Sequence record: SRR31156797_7246
Reading direction: 5' to 3' (one strand)
Length of the DNA stretch: 34,101 bases
Part shown: in pieces, positions 10,186-20,737 of the stretch
Numbering within the stretch: the stretch's first letter is position 1
Layout of the letters: every line of letters begins with the position of its first letter
Position numbers and translations under genes: made by a program
The notes under the pieces: generated by a model
Databases searched by the model: none
What the model saw: the letters and a program-made list of their open reading frames with translations, nothing else
Told to the model about the DNA's origin: nothing

Positions 10186-10309
10186 CTTTTATGCCTCTGT
10201 GGCCAATAATAATTTGCGGGTAATTCACGGCAATCGTATTACAACAAATTGCCCAATCATAGAGCTTCTTGGTTCCAATGGCTCAGGAACAGAACCTTTT
10301 TTATATCAT

Positions 10310-11509
10310 TCACCCTGCCAAACTATTGGTTGCAGCTTGCAGCATCGGTTTAAAAGTGGCAGGTGAGGTTTTATGTAACTGGAGAATGTTGCAGCCATTG
10401 AACTGCAGGAACGAAACAAGTTCTTTGCACATGGATCTGGCAAAATTTTCCGTTGTTACGAGCCCGGATTCCAGCGCAAGATGCTGAATATGAAGCAGTA
10501 ATTTTTTCCTCTCAGCTTTGCAGTCCATTCGCGCAACCAGTTTCCCATTCCATAAAACAGGCAGAGAAAAATAGCCGTATTGACGTTTTGCCTCTGGTAC
10601 ATAGCATTCAAGCTGGTAATCAAAGCCGAACAGTTCCTGTATACGTTTGCGTTGAATGAGCAGATTGTCAAATGGCGAGAGTATTTTTAGTTTAGCGCGG
10701 GCAAGTGGTTTGTTCAGCAGCTCCAGTGAAGCTGGTAATACATAGTAGCTATTACCCTTAACATTTACCTTTTGTACTTCTCCACTTAAAACCATTTCCT
10801 GCAAGGTGGTAGATACAAGCGGTTTGGTATTTTTCAATAAGTATGCTATTTCGGCAGACTGGCCCAGTCCGTTTGCCTGCAAATACCGGGTAATCAGAAA
10901 GCGTGCATATTCTATGGGGGCGGGCAGGGTGGTATCAATTTTTTCAGGTAATACACGCTCTGTGAGATCGTAAACCTTATGGAAATTCACTCTATAAGGA
11001 ACCATGAGCTCACCCTGCATAAAGAGATATTCCAGGGCTTGCTTGGCGGGTTTGCTCTTCCATTCACCACTTTTTTTCCCGGTATGCTTGAAGTTTTTGG
11101 CCATCAGCGGTCCTTCTGCAGCAATACGCTCAAGAACCGATTTCATCAATTGCTCATTACGTTCATACCAGTGGTTTTGATCACCATTTGCTATAGCCTG
11201 TTTGCGGGGTAAGCTGTACCGGTAATCGCGCATGGGCAGATAGGCGGCCGCATGAGACCAGTATTCAAAAATTTGTTTGCTGGCAAGGAGCTGATCTAGA
11301 TGTGCGCTTTTATAGCGAGGATTGCGATTCCAAAGGGTATGGTGATGGGCACGCTCAATGGCGGAGATTGTATCGATCTGGATGTAACCAAGGTGTTCAA
11401 TAGCTGAGAGTGTGGCAGCTAGTGCAGTACCGGTTTGCTTTGCCGGTGGCAGTCTCTGGGCCAGCAATACCAGTTTTCTTGCTTGTTGAATTGAGAGTGA
11501 TCCCGTCAT
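10310..11509 (-). CDS. ycaQ: YcaQ-family (HTH_42) DNA glycosylase for alkylation/interstrand crosslink repair
   Basis: QIDTISAIERAHH (QxD catalytic motif), FEYWSHAA, ILSPFDNL, FGFDYQLECYVPEAKRQYGYF. Confidence 0.9.
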   Translation of the reverse strand: MTGSLSIQQARKLVLLAQRLPPAKQTGTALAATLSAIEHLGYIQIDTISAIERAHHHTLWNRNPRYKSAHLDQLLASKQIFEYWSHAAAYLPMRDYRYSLPRKQAIANGDQNHWYERNEQLMKSVLERIAAEGPLMAKNFKHTGKKSGEWKSKPAKQALEYLFMQGELMVPYRVNFHKVYDLTERVLPEKIDTTLPAPIEYARFLITRYLQANGLGQSAEIAYLLKNTKPLVSTTLQEMVLSGEVQKVNVKGNSYYVLPASLELLNKPLARAKLKILSPFDNLLIQRKRIQELFGFDYQLECYVPEAKRQYGYFSLPVLWNGKLVARMDCKAERKKLLLHIQHLALESGLVTTENFARSMCKELVSFLQFNGCNILQLHKTSPATFKPMLQAATNSLAG

Positions 11510-11908
11510 TTTGCCAGCCTCTGGTTAACGAAGTAAAGCGTTGCAGAGTACTCTTCAGTTATGAAAGGGTACTTTTTGTGAGATGCAATTTTGATCATAA
11601 CGAAGTTTGCCATTTGTGGACTGGCACTAGTCAACCACTCGCTGTATGTCACTATTGTATATTGTACTGTTTTGACATTTCTTGTTTTTCGGCTTCAGGT
11701 TTTCACAGAGAAATACACCGCATTCGGAACAGTTATGAAAATTCTTACTTTCAACGGACTTGTACGTCTGACAGCCTTCTTAGCCGTGGGAGGAATTTAA
11801 TGGGCCCTTGCAACACTGGATATTTTCTTACAAAGTTGAGGGGGAAAACTCTGCTGCACTAGCGCCAGAGATGGTCAGGGAAAGGTCTATTTAAAAGTCT
11901 CAAAACTA

Positions 11909-13168
11909 TTAGACAGAACAGCATTTCTTGGTAGCTTCAACATCCAAAGCTTCAGCAAGAATGGAAATTGGATGTTTGACCTTGCTGGATGTCGACATCT
12001 CTATTTGCCACTTACATGTTTCGCAATCAGTAGCAATACAATCGACGCTTGAACGTTCTATCTGATTAAAAAGGGGACGGCCCACTCCCTGTGAAGTCTC
12101 GTAATTTTCTTTCTTAAATCCATAAGTTCCTGCAATACCACAACATTGTGAGTCGAGCTGCACAAAATCAAGTCCTGGAAGCATTTGCAGTAAAGAGGCA
12201 GAGTAAAAAGACCAACCCAACTTCTCCATGTGGCACGGCGTATGATAGGCAACACGTGCCTTGTACTCATTTTTAAAAACGAGCTTAAGCTGGCCAGAGT
12301 CAATCAAACGGAACAGAAAGCGGGTCGCCAGCTCGGTTTGTTCACGGATTTCCTCGTTGTCCACACTCAACAAATGCGGGTATTCATCGCGAATAGTGAA
12401 GGTACATGTTGAAGATGTAGATATAACGGGCATATTTTTGCCAACAATGGACTTCTTCAATGCTTCAACATTATGGCGCGCCTGTTTTGTAGCTTGTTCA
12501 ATCAAGCCATTGGAAATCGATGCAACACCGCAGCATTTTTCCTTCTCAAGAAGGTGAACACCATAACCTGCAGCATTCATGATTTTCACCAGGTCTTTAC
12601 CGAGCTGAGGGAAATTGTAATTTACATAACAGCCGTGGAAGTAACTTATATGCTGCTTAAACGCTTTCTGCTCTGCAGCAGCATTTTTGCGAAACCAGGT
12701 TTCGAATTTTTCACTAGAATATTGAGGAAACACACGGTGATGATCTATCTGCAGCACTCCGTCCATCAAGGCTCGGACTGATTTCAGAGCTACCGTCGTA
12801 TTAACGATTGGAGCGATAGTGCTTGCCACGGTACCGACCAAGTCGGTATTGGCCATGATAATATCCCTAAGTTTTGGTTTCTTTTTACTGTACTTAATGC
12901 GAGCGGCCTGGATGATATCTCCGATTTTAACTTCGGCAGGGCAAGAAACCTCACATCGTTTACAGTTCATACACAGCTTTAACGCCTCATCATAATATGC
13001 TGCGTCCTTTAAGCGGAGTCGTTCTCCATCAGGGCCTGCTTGCTTGGGCCCCGGGAAATCAGGATTTACTGATACTACAGGGCAATAAACGGTACATACA
13101 GTGCATTTGACACACAGCTCAAAGTTGTTGTCGGCAATATTATGGGGGGCAGGGTTTTCTTTTTTCAT
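11909..13168 (-). CDS. glpC: Anaerobic glycerol-3-phosphate dehydrogenase subunit C
   Basis: CVKCTVCTVYCP, GPKQAGPDGERLR, CMNCKRCEVSCP and two CCG domains. ATG 13168 lies just downstream of the glpB stop. Confidence 0.95.
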   Translation of the reverse strand: MKKENPAPHNIADNNFELCVKCTVCTVYCPVVSVNPDFPGPKQAGPDGERLRLKDAAYYDEALKLCMNCKRCEVSCPAEVKIGDIIQAARIKYSKKKPKLRDIIMANTDLVGTVASTIAPIVNTTVALKSVRALMDGVLQIDHHRVFPQYSSEKFETWFRKNAAAEQKAFKQHISYFHGCYVNYNFPQLGKDLVKIMNAAGYGVHLLEKEKCCGVASISNGLIEQATKQARHNVEALKKSIVGKNMPVISTSSTCTFTIRDEYPHLLSVDNEEIREQTELATRFLFRLIDSGQLKLVFKNEYKARVAYHTPCHMEKLGWSFYSASLLQMLPGLDFVQLDSQCCGIAGTYGFKKENYETSQGVGRPLFNQIERSSVDCIATDCETCKWQIEMSTSSKVKHPISILAEALDVEATKKCCSV

Positions 13169-13175
13169 GATCTTG

Positions 13176-14417
13176 TTATCGTAAAATTTGCTCAGCGACA
13201 TGGAGCGAAGTAACCAAACAAATGCCGGCTCCACTTCCTTCCTTTAAAGGATTAGCTCCACCAAGAACGGAACCCGCAACGTAAAGGTTCTCTATCGGCT
13301 GACAGTCCATCACAGCATGGAAATGTTCTTCGGTTTTTACCCCATAATGCATGAATGGCTGGTCATTAAAAACCTTCTCGTCGGCCCATAGCCCACGATC
13401 ACTGTCTCCATCGATATCCAAACCAAAAACAGGCTCATACAGCTTATTTGGAGCAGCCATAATACCCTTGCTATAGAAGCTTCCAGTTGCCAAAACAAAT
13501 TGATCGGCTTCGAGTTTGATATTTCCGTGATTCTTTGTATAAACGGCAGTCAAGCGGTGATTCTCGAAAGTACCCTCCTTAACCATATCACCTAGAAAAT
13601 ACGTTCCCCCTAAATCCTGGAACCGCTTACGGAGCATTATCTGGCTTCGGATACCAGGAGTTGATGGCGGCACAGCAGGAAGTAAAAGTACAGGTTTATT
13701 CACTTTGGTTTTAAGCTTTTCTGTGACCGTGTTGTTAAAAAGACCAAACACAGCAGGAAGAATCACAGCTTCGAACCCTTCGCTCAGCTCATTTACCATT
13801 TGGACAAACTCGTCAATGGCTTCACCCTGGTCAAATACCTTGGCGATATTTGAGGAGCGCATTTCGCTTGGGTTGCGACGAATAGCTTCAAACTGCTTCA
13901 TCGCAATCTCCTTAATTGGCGCTTCCACATTACATTTTGTCAGGCCGTCTTTAAGGAATAAGGTGTGGAAATCAAGAAAACCTGCGAAGTTAAGGATTAT
14001 GACCTGTTGCCAAGGGAGGGGTTCCTTTTGTTCAAATCGCGTAAAGTCATCCAATGTTAACCATGTAGGTTTCATTGTGCCCATGGGGGTCAATACAAAA
14101 TGGTTTTTATCGGGATGACCGGAAAACTGTAAACCGGCACGGCTCAATAACAGGGGAGCTTCTTCTGCCAACCGTTTTATGTTTCCCACTCCCACGCGTT
14201 GATAGGGGTGAGTCTTTGGCAATGTTTTGATCGCATCTAACGGGTGATGTACTTCCTTTCCTTCCACTTGACTCAGCAAATCAAAAGAGCCGGAAAAAAA
14301 ATGGATTGCACTCTGTCCGGATGAAACAATAGCACACTTGCGTCCCTGCTCTGCCAGCTTGATTCCACATGTGAGTCCGCTTAACCCACCACCAATAATA
14401 ATAGTATCAAATTTCAT
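13176..14417 (-). CDS. glpB: Anaerobic glycerol-3-phosphate dehydrogenase subunit B
   Basis: MKFDTIIIGGGLSG, GQSAIHFFSGSFDLL, RRNPSEMRS, PPSTPGIR, LATGSFYSKG. Confidence 0.95.
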   Translation of the reverse strand: MKFDTIIIGGGLSGLTCGIKLAEQGRKCAIVSSGQSAIHFFSGSFDLLSQVEGKEVHHPLDAIKTLPKTHPYQRVGVGNIKRLAEEAPLLLSRAGLQFSGHPDKNHFVLTPMGTMKPTWLTLDDFTRFEQKEPLPWQQVIILNFAGFLDFHTLFLKDGLTKCNVEAPIKEIAMKQFEAIRRNPSEMRSSNIAKVFDQGEAIDEFVQMVNELSEGFEAVILPAVFGLFNNTVTEKLKTKVNKPVLLLPAVPPSTPGIRSQIMLRKRFQDLGGTYFLGDMVKEGTFENHRLTAVYTKNHGNIKLEADQFVLATGSFYSKGIMAAPNKLYEPVFGLDIDGDSDRGLWADEKVFNDQPFMHYGVKTEEHFHAVMDCQPIENLYVAGSVLGGANPLKEGSGAGICLVTSLHVAEQILR

Positions 14418-14429
14418 AATCAACCTGGC

Positions 14430-16055
14430 TTAGTTGTTCTCTGGTTTCAGCCCATAAACGCCTTCATAAATCCATGAGGTGAATTGAATCTCATTGATAG
14501 TTTCACCCCAGGCAATTGGATACATTCCCTTCCATCTTTCCTGGAGGAATTTGGCTAAATCATCTTTTGCCTTGCCTGGTTCTCCCATGGCATCGCAAAG
14601 GAGTCCTGCTGCACGACAAGAGCATAGTTCTCCCTGACAGGTTCCCATGCCTACACGGGTACGGCGACGTAGATCAACAAGGTTGTTGACATGCAACTCT
14701 TCAATTGCATATTTCACTTCCCCGATTGAGACGCCTTCGCATTCGCAAACCATTGAGTCCTCAATATTGTCTCCGGTGGCAATGTTTTTGGCCAACGAAC
14801 CATGGCGATCCTGTGCCGATTTTTGGACAATGCTTTGGCCAGAATAGATTTTCTGGGCAGCGTACTTCATTGAAAAATCATCCTTTTCTGATCCAGGTAA
14901 TGGCTTTGCCGCGGTTTCGCAGTGTTTATCAACAGCCAGTTTTTTGCAGACCAAATCCGTTGCCCATTCAGCCATCAGACGATATGTCATTAATTTACCG
15001 CCGGTGATGGTTACAAAACCTGAAAGTCCATCACGCTCCTCGTGATCCAGTAAAACAATACCGCGACTAATGTTTCTGCCGGTTGGGTCATTGTCAGCAG
15101 CTACCAGCGGGCGGACACCTGCATAAGCCCGCAAGACACGTGTAGTCGCAAGGGACGGCGCAAGTTTCACGCCTTCTTGGATGAGCACATCAACGTCATC
15201 CTTAGTTACAAACATATTATCAATCTGGTCATAGGGTATGCGCTCTGATGTGGTTCCAATCAGACAGATAGTATCTCCTGGTACCAGAATATCTGCATTT
15301 GCAGGTTTTCGGCACCTGTTGAGGATCATTTTATTAACTCTATGGCCAAAGATGAGGAGGGAACCTTTAGCCGGAAACATTTTTACATTGACCCCGGCAA
15401 GGTTGGCTATATGCTGTCCCCAAATTCCTCCGGCATTTACGACTATATCTGCGTAATACTTAACCTTTTCATTGATCTTGTGATTTAACAGTTCCACCCC
15501 GACAATGCGGTTCTGCTCGCGGATAATCCCTGCAACCTCATGCTGAGTTAAGATCTCTGCACCATTAATTCTGGCGTCCAGCGCATTGGAAAGAGTAAGG
15601 CGAAAAGGGTCCACTGAACCGTCAGGAACCTTTACAGCGCCAATCAGGTTCGGATTGACAGACGGCTCGATCCGACGGGCCTCTTCAGGGGCAATCACCT
15701 CAGCATTGATACCTGCTTTTTGACAAGCGGTTACAAATTTTGACTGAAATGCGATATCATCATCGGGCAGGGTAATAAAAAGCCCATCGTTTTCTTCCAC
15801 ACAATGGCTGGCTATGGTGCGAAGCAGCATATTCTCTTTAATACACTCAGCTGCTGACTCATGATCGGTTACCGCATATCGTGCTCCGCTATGCAGTAAG
15901 CCATGATTTCGTCCTGTTGCTCCAGTGGCAAAATCACGTCGTTCCACAAGCAAAACGCTTAGCCCCCGCATGGCACAATCTCGTGCTGTTCCAGCTCCGG
16001 TTGCTCCGCCTCCGATGATTATCACATCGTATTCGTTGGTTTTGTTCTTGTTCAT
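14430..16055 (-). CDS. glpA: Anaerobic glycerol-3-phosphate dehydrogenase subunit A
   Basis: IGGGATGAG, GATGRNHGLLHSGARY, ITGGKLMTYRLMAE, and a C-terminal CECE...RRTRVGMGTCQGELC Fe-S domain. Confidence 0.96.
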   Translation of the reverse strand: MNKNKTNEYDVIIIGGGATGAGTARDCAMRGLSVLLVERRDFATGATGRNHGLLHSGARYAVTDHESAAECIKENMLLRTIASHCVEENDGLFITLPDDDIAFQSKFVTACQKAGINAEVIAPEEARRIEPSVNPNLIGAVKVPDGSVDPFRLTLSNALDARINGAEILTQHEVAGIIREQNRIVGVELLNHKINEKVKYYADIVVNAGGIWGQHIANLAGVNVKMFPAKGSLLIFGHRVNKMILNRCRKPANADILVPGDTICLIGTTSERIPYDQIDNMFVTKDDVDVLIQEGVKLAPSLATTRVLRAYAGVRPLVAADNDPTGRNISRGIVLLDHEERDGLSGFVTITGGKLMTYRLMAEWATDLVCKKLAVDKHCETAAKPLPGSEKDDFSMKYAAQKIYSGQSIVQKSAQDRHGSLAKNIATGDNIEDSMVCECEGVSIGEVKYAIEELHVNNLVDLRRRTRVGMGTCQGELCSCRAAGLLCDAMGEPGKAKDDLAKFLQERWKGMYPIAWGETINEIQFTSWIYEGVYGLKPENN

Positions 16056-16140
16056 GGTAAGTTGTCAGTTATCGATATTTAATATTTTCAGTTGAATATA
16101 ATACTTTTTTTAATAATCCTCTTGCAAAATGAAGAAACGA

Positions 16141-16319
16141 TGTGACGAAAGTTCAGACCTGTATCGTAAATTACAAATAAACAGCTTGCAGGAATAGTCG
16201 CTGAATTATTGAATAAACAGCGTAATATTAGTCGAAGAGGTAAAGCGCTTAGGTTTGCACCGCATTTATACATTAATGAAAAAGATATTCGGCGCTTCCT
16301 TGAAACTTTTGGCAATTGA
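16141..16319 (+). pseudogene. C-terminal remnant of a class V PLP aminotransferase / cysteine desulfurase-like gene
   Basis: ...ISRRGKALRFAPHLYINEKDIRRFLETF* matches the S.RG..lR.sPH.Yn...di..l end of the family. There is an in-frame stop at 16167-16169 and no intact 5' part. Confidence 0.6.
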
Positions 16320-16463
16320 TTCAGGGATTCGCTACAGAAAATTATAACCAAGTACTGTTTAAGGAGTTTTTCATCGCTGTGCTCCTAAAATTAAGTGATT
16401 AACGTTAACTTTTAAGGAAAAACCACCATCAGAGACAAACCCATAGAGCAAGGAGACAAGACA

Positions 16464-17501
16464 ATGGCAAATATTGTTATCTGTGCAGATGGAACCTGGA
16501 ACCGACCAGAAGAAGACATCGAAAAGGATTTCCCGACCAATGTGTTGAAACTGTCTCGAGCGATTAAACCTTCAGCCAGTGGAGTCAAGCAGCATGTCTT
16601 TTACGATTGGGGTTTGGGCTCTTATCACAGCAGTATAAGCGCGGGGGCGACAGGGAGCGGTATTCATAAAAACATAATGGATGGATACCGTTACATTGTT
16701 CAGAATTATGCACCCGGTGATAAGATATTTCTTTTTGGCTTCAGTCGTGGCGCATACACCGTAAGGGCTTTAAGTGGTTTTATTAATAACTGTGGTATCT
16801 TAAAGCGACCAGATGCCAACTTAATTGCCAAAGCTTGGAAGATTTACAAGAGTCCAATGAAAAAAAACCGGCCAAATGAAGTCGCTGCCAGGGAATTTAG
16901 AGAGGAACACAGCCACCCCTCACGTAATGTCCATTTTGTAGGTGTCTGGGACACCGTTGGCGCTTTGGGTATTCCATTTAGTGTGATGGGGCTGCTTGAG
17001 AGCCATGATGAGTTCTATGACACCAAAATGGGGGCAAACATTTCGATTGCCCGTCACGCTTTGGCCATTGATGAGCAGCGTGAGGATTTCGAACCGACGA
17101 CATGGCTTCCCCGGGCTGGGGTTGATCTAAAACAGGTCTGGTTCGCAGGGGTACATGCAGACATTGGAGGGTCATATCCGCCAGATAAGAAAACCGGAAT
17201 TCGAGCATCTGACACCCCTCTCGAATGGATGCTGGACGAAGCGCATGATGCCGGCCTCATTATTGAGCCACATCTTCAAACCTCCATAACTGATGGCAGT
17301 CAGGGTAAATTGCACAAATCTCGTAAACATGTTTACCGACTCAAATCCCCATTGCATCGACCTCTAGTCATCAAAGATATACCCACCGAAATTCACCCAA
17401 GCGTGAAAAATCGTTACGTGGCAGATCCAAACTACCGACCGCCGAAATTAAAGGCATTGGTAGAAGAATACGGTTGGGAAAATTTGGCTATGAGCACATG
17501 A
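16464..17501 (+). CDS. DUF2235 alpha/beta hydrolase (Tle1-like catalytic domain)
   Basis: ICADGTWN, TNV, GFSRGAYTVR, VWDTVGALG, HALAIDEQR, WFAGVHADIGG; RBS AAGGAG. Confidence 0.9.
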   Translation: MANIVICADGTWNRPEEDIEKDFPTNVLKLSRAIKPSASGVKQHVFYDWGLGSYHSSISAGATGSGIHKNIMDGYRYIVQNYAPGDKIFLFGFSRGAYTVRALSGFINNCGILKRPDANLIAKAWKIYKSPMKKNRPNEVAAREFREEHSHPSRNVHFVGVWDTVGALGIPFSVMGLLESHDEFYDTKMGANISIARHALAIDEQREDFEPTTWLPRAGVDLKQVWFAGVHADIGGSYPPDKKTGIRASDTPLEWMLDEAHDAGLIIEPHLQTSITDGSQGKLHKSRKHVYRLKSPLHRPLVIKDIPTEIHPSVKNRYVADPNYRPPKLKALVEEYGWENLAMST

Positions 17502-17591
17502 ATCCTTAAAGGGTGTGAAATTGTTCTTATCGAACGATTATGTTGAAACGTAAAGTATCAAGATATCAACTCCGGATGGAGTTGTGACTGA

Positions 17592-17621
17592 AGAGTCCCC
17601 TGGAATTATCAGGGGGACTCT
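17592..17621. terminator. Probable terminator hairpin between convergent DUF2235 gene and gap
   Basis: Inverted repeat AGAGTCCCCTG...CAGGGGGACTCT. Confidence 0.7.
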
Positions 17622-17645
17622 ATTGTTTGGATGAATTTGCGGTTA

Positions 17646-18662
17646 TTACATTAAACTTCCCATGTGGTCTAATGTTCTTATTAATTGACTGACATAGCTC
17701 ATTTCATTGTCATACCAAGACACAACTCTAACCTCATAAATATTGGTTCCACAGCGTTGCGCAAGTGTTTGGGTGCTATCAAAAAGTGAACCATAGCTCA
17801 TACCAATTGTATCGCTAGACACCAGCTCTTCATCAGAATATCCAAAAGACTCATCTGCAGCCTTCATCATTGCTTCATTGAGTCCCTCAACACTGACAGA
17901 GTCGGTCTCATCTTTTAAGGTAGCATCAAGAATAGTGATTGAACCCGAAGCAACGGGTACCCGCTGTGCTGATCCAATCAGCTTGCCGTCAAGTTCAGGA
18001 ATGACAAGGCCAATTGCTTTTGCAGCACCGGTTGAATTGGGCACAATGTTGATTGCGCCGGCTCTCGCACGACGAAAATCACCCTTACGGTGCGGTCCAT
18101 CAATAATCATCTGGTCGCCTGTATATGCATGAATCGTAGTCATAAAGCCTGTTCTCAACTCACGATATTCATTCAATGCCTTTGCCATTGGAGCAAGGCA
18201 GTTGGTTGTGCAGGATGCGCCGGAAACAATGAGGTTGTCACTGGTTAGTGTATGATGATTGACCCCGTAAACAATGGTTGGAAGGTCACTGCCTGCAGGA
18301 GCTGAAATAAGCACCCTCTTGGCACCTGCATCAATGTGCGCCTGACTTTTGTCTTTGGAGCAGAAAAATCCTGTGCATTCTAAAACAATATCCACCCCAA
18401 GGCTGCCCCAAGGAAGATCTTTAGGATCTGCATCTTTGTAAACTCTGATTTGCTTACCGTCAATGATAAGAGAATCCTCATCACTCTCCACAGTATGTCC
18501 TGAAAAACGACCCTGTACGCTGTCATATTTCAGAAGGTGAGCAAGCATCTTTGGCTCTGTCAAATCATTAATTGCCACAACTTCAAAACGATCATCGGCA
18601 AAGATTTTTCGAAAAGTAAGTCTTCCTATTCTTCCAAAACCATTGATAGCAACTTTGAGCAT
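17646..18662 (-). CDS. gap: Type I glyceraldehyde-3-phosphate dehydrogenase
   Basis: [33 protein letters not shown]. Confidence 0.97.
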   Translation of the reverse strand: MLKVAINGFGRIGRLTFRKIFADDRFEVVAINDLTEPKMLAHLLKYDSVQGRFSGHTVESDEDSLIIDGKQIRVYKDADPKDLPWGSLGVDIVLECTGFFCSKDKSQAHIDAGAKRVLISAPAGSDLPTIVYGVNHHTLTSDNLIVSGASCTTNCLAPMAKALNEYRELRTGFMTTIHAYTGDQMIIDGPHRKGDFRRARAGAINIVPNSTGAAKAIGLVIPELDGKLIGSAQRVPVASGSITILDATLKDETDSVSVEGLNEAMMKAADESFGYSDEELVSSDTIGMSYGSLFDSTQTLAQRCGTNIYEVRVVSWYDNEMSYVSQLIRTLDHMGSLM

Positions 18663-18840
18663 CGCATTTCCTCCTAATATATTATTTGGTGAGGTGACAG
18701 GAAATCGTTTCTTAAAAACGGATCGGTAAAGTCAAATTGGGATTTTGAAACTCATTCCCCACCTGTTTTGATCAAAAAAAATCTTATGTCACAAGCACGT
18801 TCACTGATATCCGTCGGCAAAAGTGGGGAAAAACATCACA

Positions 18841-20682
18841 CTATTCTACCGTTACACTTTTAGCGAGATTTCTAGGCTGATCCACATCACAACCAAGTCT
18901 TGACGCAATTTCATAGGATAGGAGTTGCGCTGGAATGGTGTAGAGTATTGGGTTCATTGCCTCTGTTACTTCCGGTAAAAAGATAACCTCCTCTGAGATA
19001 TTTTCAAGGTGATCATCTCCTTCAGTACCGAAGAGAATAATCCTGCCCTGGCGAGCTTTAACCTCTTCAATATTTGAGATGGATTTCTGGTAGACTCTAT
19101 CACGCGGTACAAAGGCCACCACTGGCATTTCTTTGTCAATGAGTGCAATTGGCCCGTGCTTGAGCTCTCCAGAAGCATACCCTTCCGCGTGGATGTATGA
19201 TATTTCCTTGAGTTTCAACGCACCTTCTAAAGCGATTGGAAAATTGAGACCTCTGCCTACAAAAAGAAAATCACGGGCATGATAATATTCTTCAATAAGC
19301 ACCTTGATCTTTTCCTGAAGTTTTGGCGTCTCATTCTCGATCACCGCAGCAATTTTAATAAGCTCTTTGCCAAGGCTTACCCTTTCTTCAAGTGGAATTG
19401 TTTCTTTTACCTGCCCCAGATGCAAGGTGAACAGGAATAAGGCCGATAGCTGCGAAATGAAAGCTTTGGTTGAAGCTACCCCGATTTCTGGTCCCGCATG
19501 CGTATAAATGGTGCCGTCAGCCTCTCTGGTCATTGTTGAACCAACGACATTACACACAGTAATGACCTTTGAGCCTAGTCCTTTGGCTATTTTGACTCCG
19601 GCAAGTGTATCGGCGGTTTCTCCTGACTGTGACAGGGCAACAGTAAGGACCCGTTCATCGATAAGTAGATCCCGATATCTAAATTCTGAGGCAATATCGA
19701 CCTCAACCGGTATACGGGCGTATTTTTCAATCCAGTATTTTGCAACAAGAGCAGCATGGAGAGAAGTCCCGCAGGCAACAAAAACAATCCGGTCGATAGT
19801 ATCGATCTCTGATGCGATAAAGCTGATTTCCGGTATGTTCACCTCACCTGTTTCAGGGGTGATTCTACCGCTTATGGTATTGGTGATTGCCTGAGGCTGC
19901 TCATAGATTTCCTTGAGCATAAAGTGCTTATACCCAGCCTTCTCGGCCATGGCAGAGTTCCACTCAATGGTCTTGACTGGTTTCTCAAGCAGTTGACCGC
20001 TCGTAAGGGAATACACCTCATGACTTTTTTCTGTGAGAATCGCCAACTCCATATCATTAAGATAAATGACCTGGTTGGTGTATGGGAGCAAAGCGGGAAC
20101 GTCAGAGGCGATAAACCTTCCGGCTTCTTCGCTTACGCCAATAACCAGTGGGCTCTGGTTTCGCACGGTAATAAGGGTATCTGGCATGCCGGTCCACATC
20201 ACCCCAATTGCAAACGAACCCTCCAGTAAACTTACGGCCTTTTTTACGGCAGAGAGCAGGTCTTTTTCAAGGTGCTCTTCAACGAGGTGGGCAATAACCT
20301 CGGTATCGGTCTCAGAACTGAACTGATGACCATTTTGCTTTAAATATTCACGCAGGGAGTGGTAGTTCTCAATAATCCCATTGTGCACCACAACTATCTC
20401 TCCACTGCAATCGCTGTGTGGATGTGCATTTTCTGTGGTTGGAGCGCCATGGGTTGCCCAGCGGGTATGGCCAAGACCAATATGCGAGTTGGCTATTATG
20501 TCGTCGCCAATGATGTTTTCCAGGTTTGCAAGTTTCCCTTTTGACCTGTGTTTCACCATCTTCCCTTGATCAAGGTAGACGACACCTGCGGAGTCATATC
20601 CCCTATATTCAAGGCGTTTGAGTCCTTCAAGGATGACGGGTACAACCTTTTTAGGACCGCAATAACCAACTATTCCACACAT
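18841..20682 (-). CDS. glmS: Glutamine-fructose-6-phosphate aminotransferase (isomerizing)
   Basis: MCGIVG, LEYRGYDSAG, GHTRWATHG, SQSGETADT, ELKHGPIAL, PRNLAKSVTVE. Confidence 0.97.
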   Translation of the reverse strand: MCGIVGYCGPKKVVPVILEGLKRLEYRGYDSAGVVYLDQGKMVKHRSKGKLANLENIIGDDIIANSHIGLGHTRWATHGAPTTENAHPHSDCSGEIVVVHNGIIENYHSLREYLKQNGHQFSSETDTEVIAHLVEEHLEKDLLSAVKKAVSLLEGSFAIGVMWTGMPDTLITVRNQSPLVIGVSEEAGRFIASDVPALLPYTNQVIYLNDMELAILTEKSHEVYSLTSGQLLEKPVKTIEWNSAMAEKAGYKHFMLKEIYEQPQAITNTISGRITPETGEVNIPEISFIASEIDTIDRIVFVACGTSLHAALVAKYWIEKYARIPVEVDIASEFRYRDLLIDERVLTVALSQSGETADTLAGVKIAKGLGSKVITVCNVVGSTMTREADGTIYTHAGPEIGVASTKAFISQLSALFLFTLHLGQVKETIPLEERVSLGKELIKIAAVIENETPKLQEKIKVLIEEYYHARDFLFVGRGLNFPIALEGALKLKEISYIHAEGYASGELKHGPIALIDKEMPVVAFVPRDRVYQKSISNIEEVKARQGRIILFGTEGDDHLENISEEVIFLPEVTEAMNPILYTIPAQLLSYEIASRLGCDVDQPRNLAKSVTVE

Positions 20683-20737
20683 TTTTTGTTCCTTTTAAAC
20701 GTATTCACACTCATTAAATGTACGTAATGTACTTTGC

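Noticed and set aside
11591-11800. Small ORF ending MKILTFNGLVRLTAFLAVGGI
   Set aside because: No convincing RBS or recognisable motif.
16464-17501. DUF2235 protein as a T6SS Tle1 effector
   Set aside because: No vgrG, PAAR or immunity gene is adjacent; it is a stand-alone catalytic domain.
18700-18713. Fourth LacI operator upstream of gap (AAGAAACGATTTCC on the minus strand)
   Set aside because: It shares the AAACGATT core but lacks the conserved TG...CA ends; too weak to call.
20683-20737. glmS ribozyme upstream of glmS
   Set aside because: The spacer is only 55 bp and AT-rich, with no room for the ribozyme and no recognisable core.
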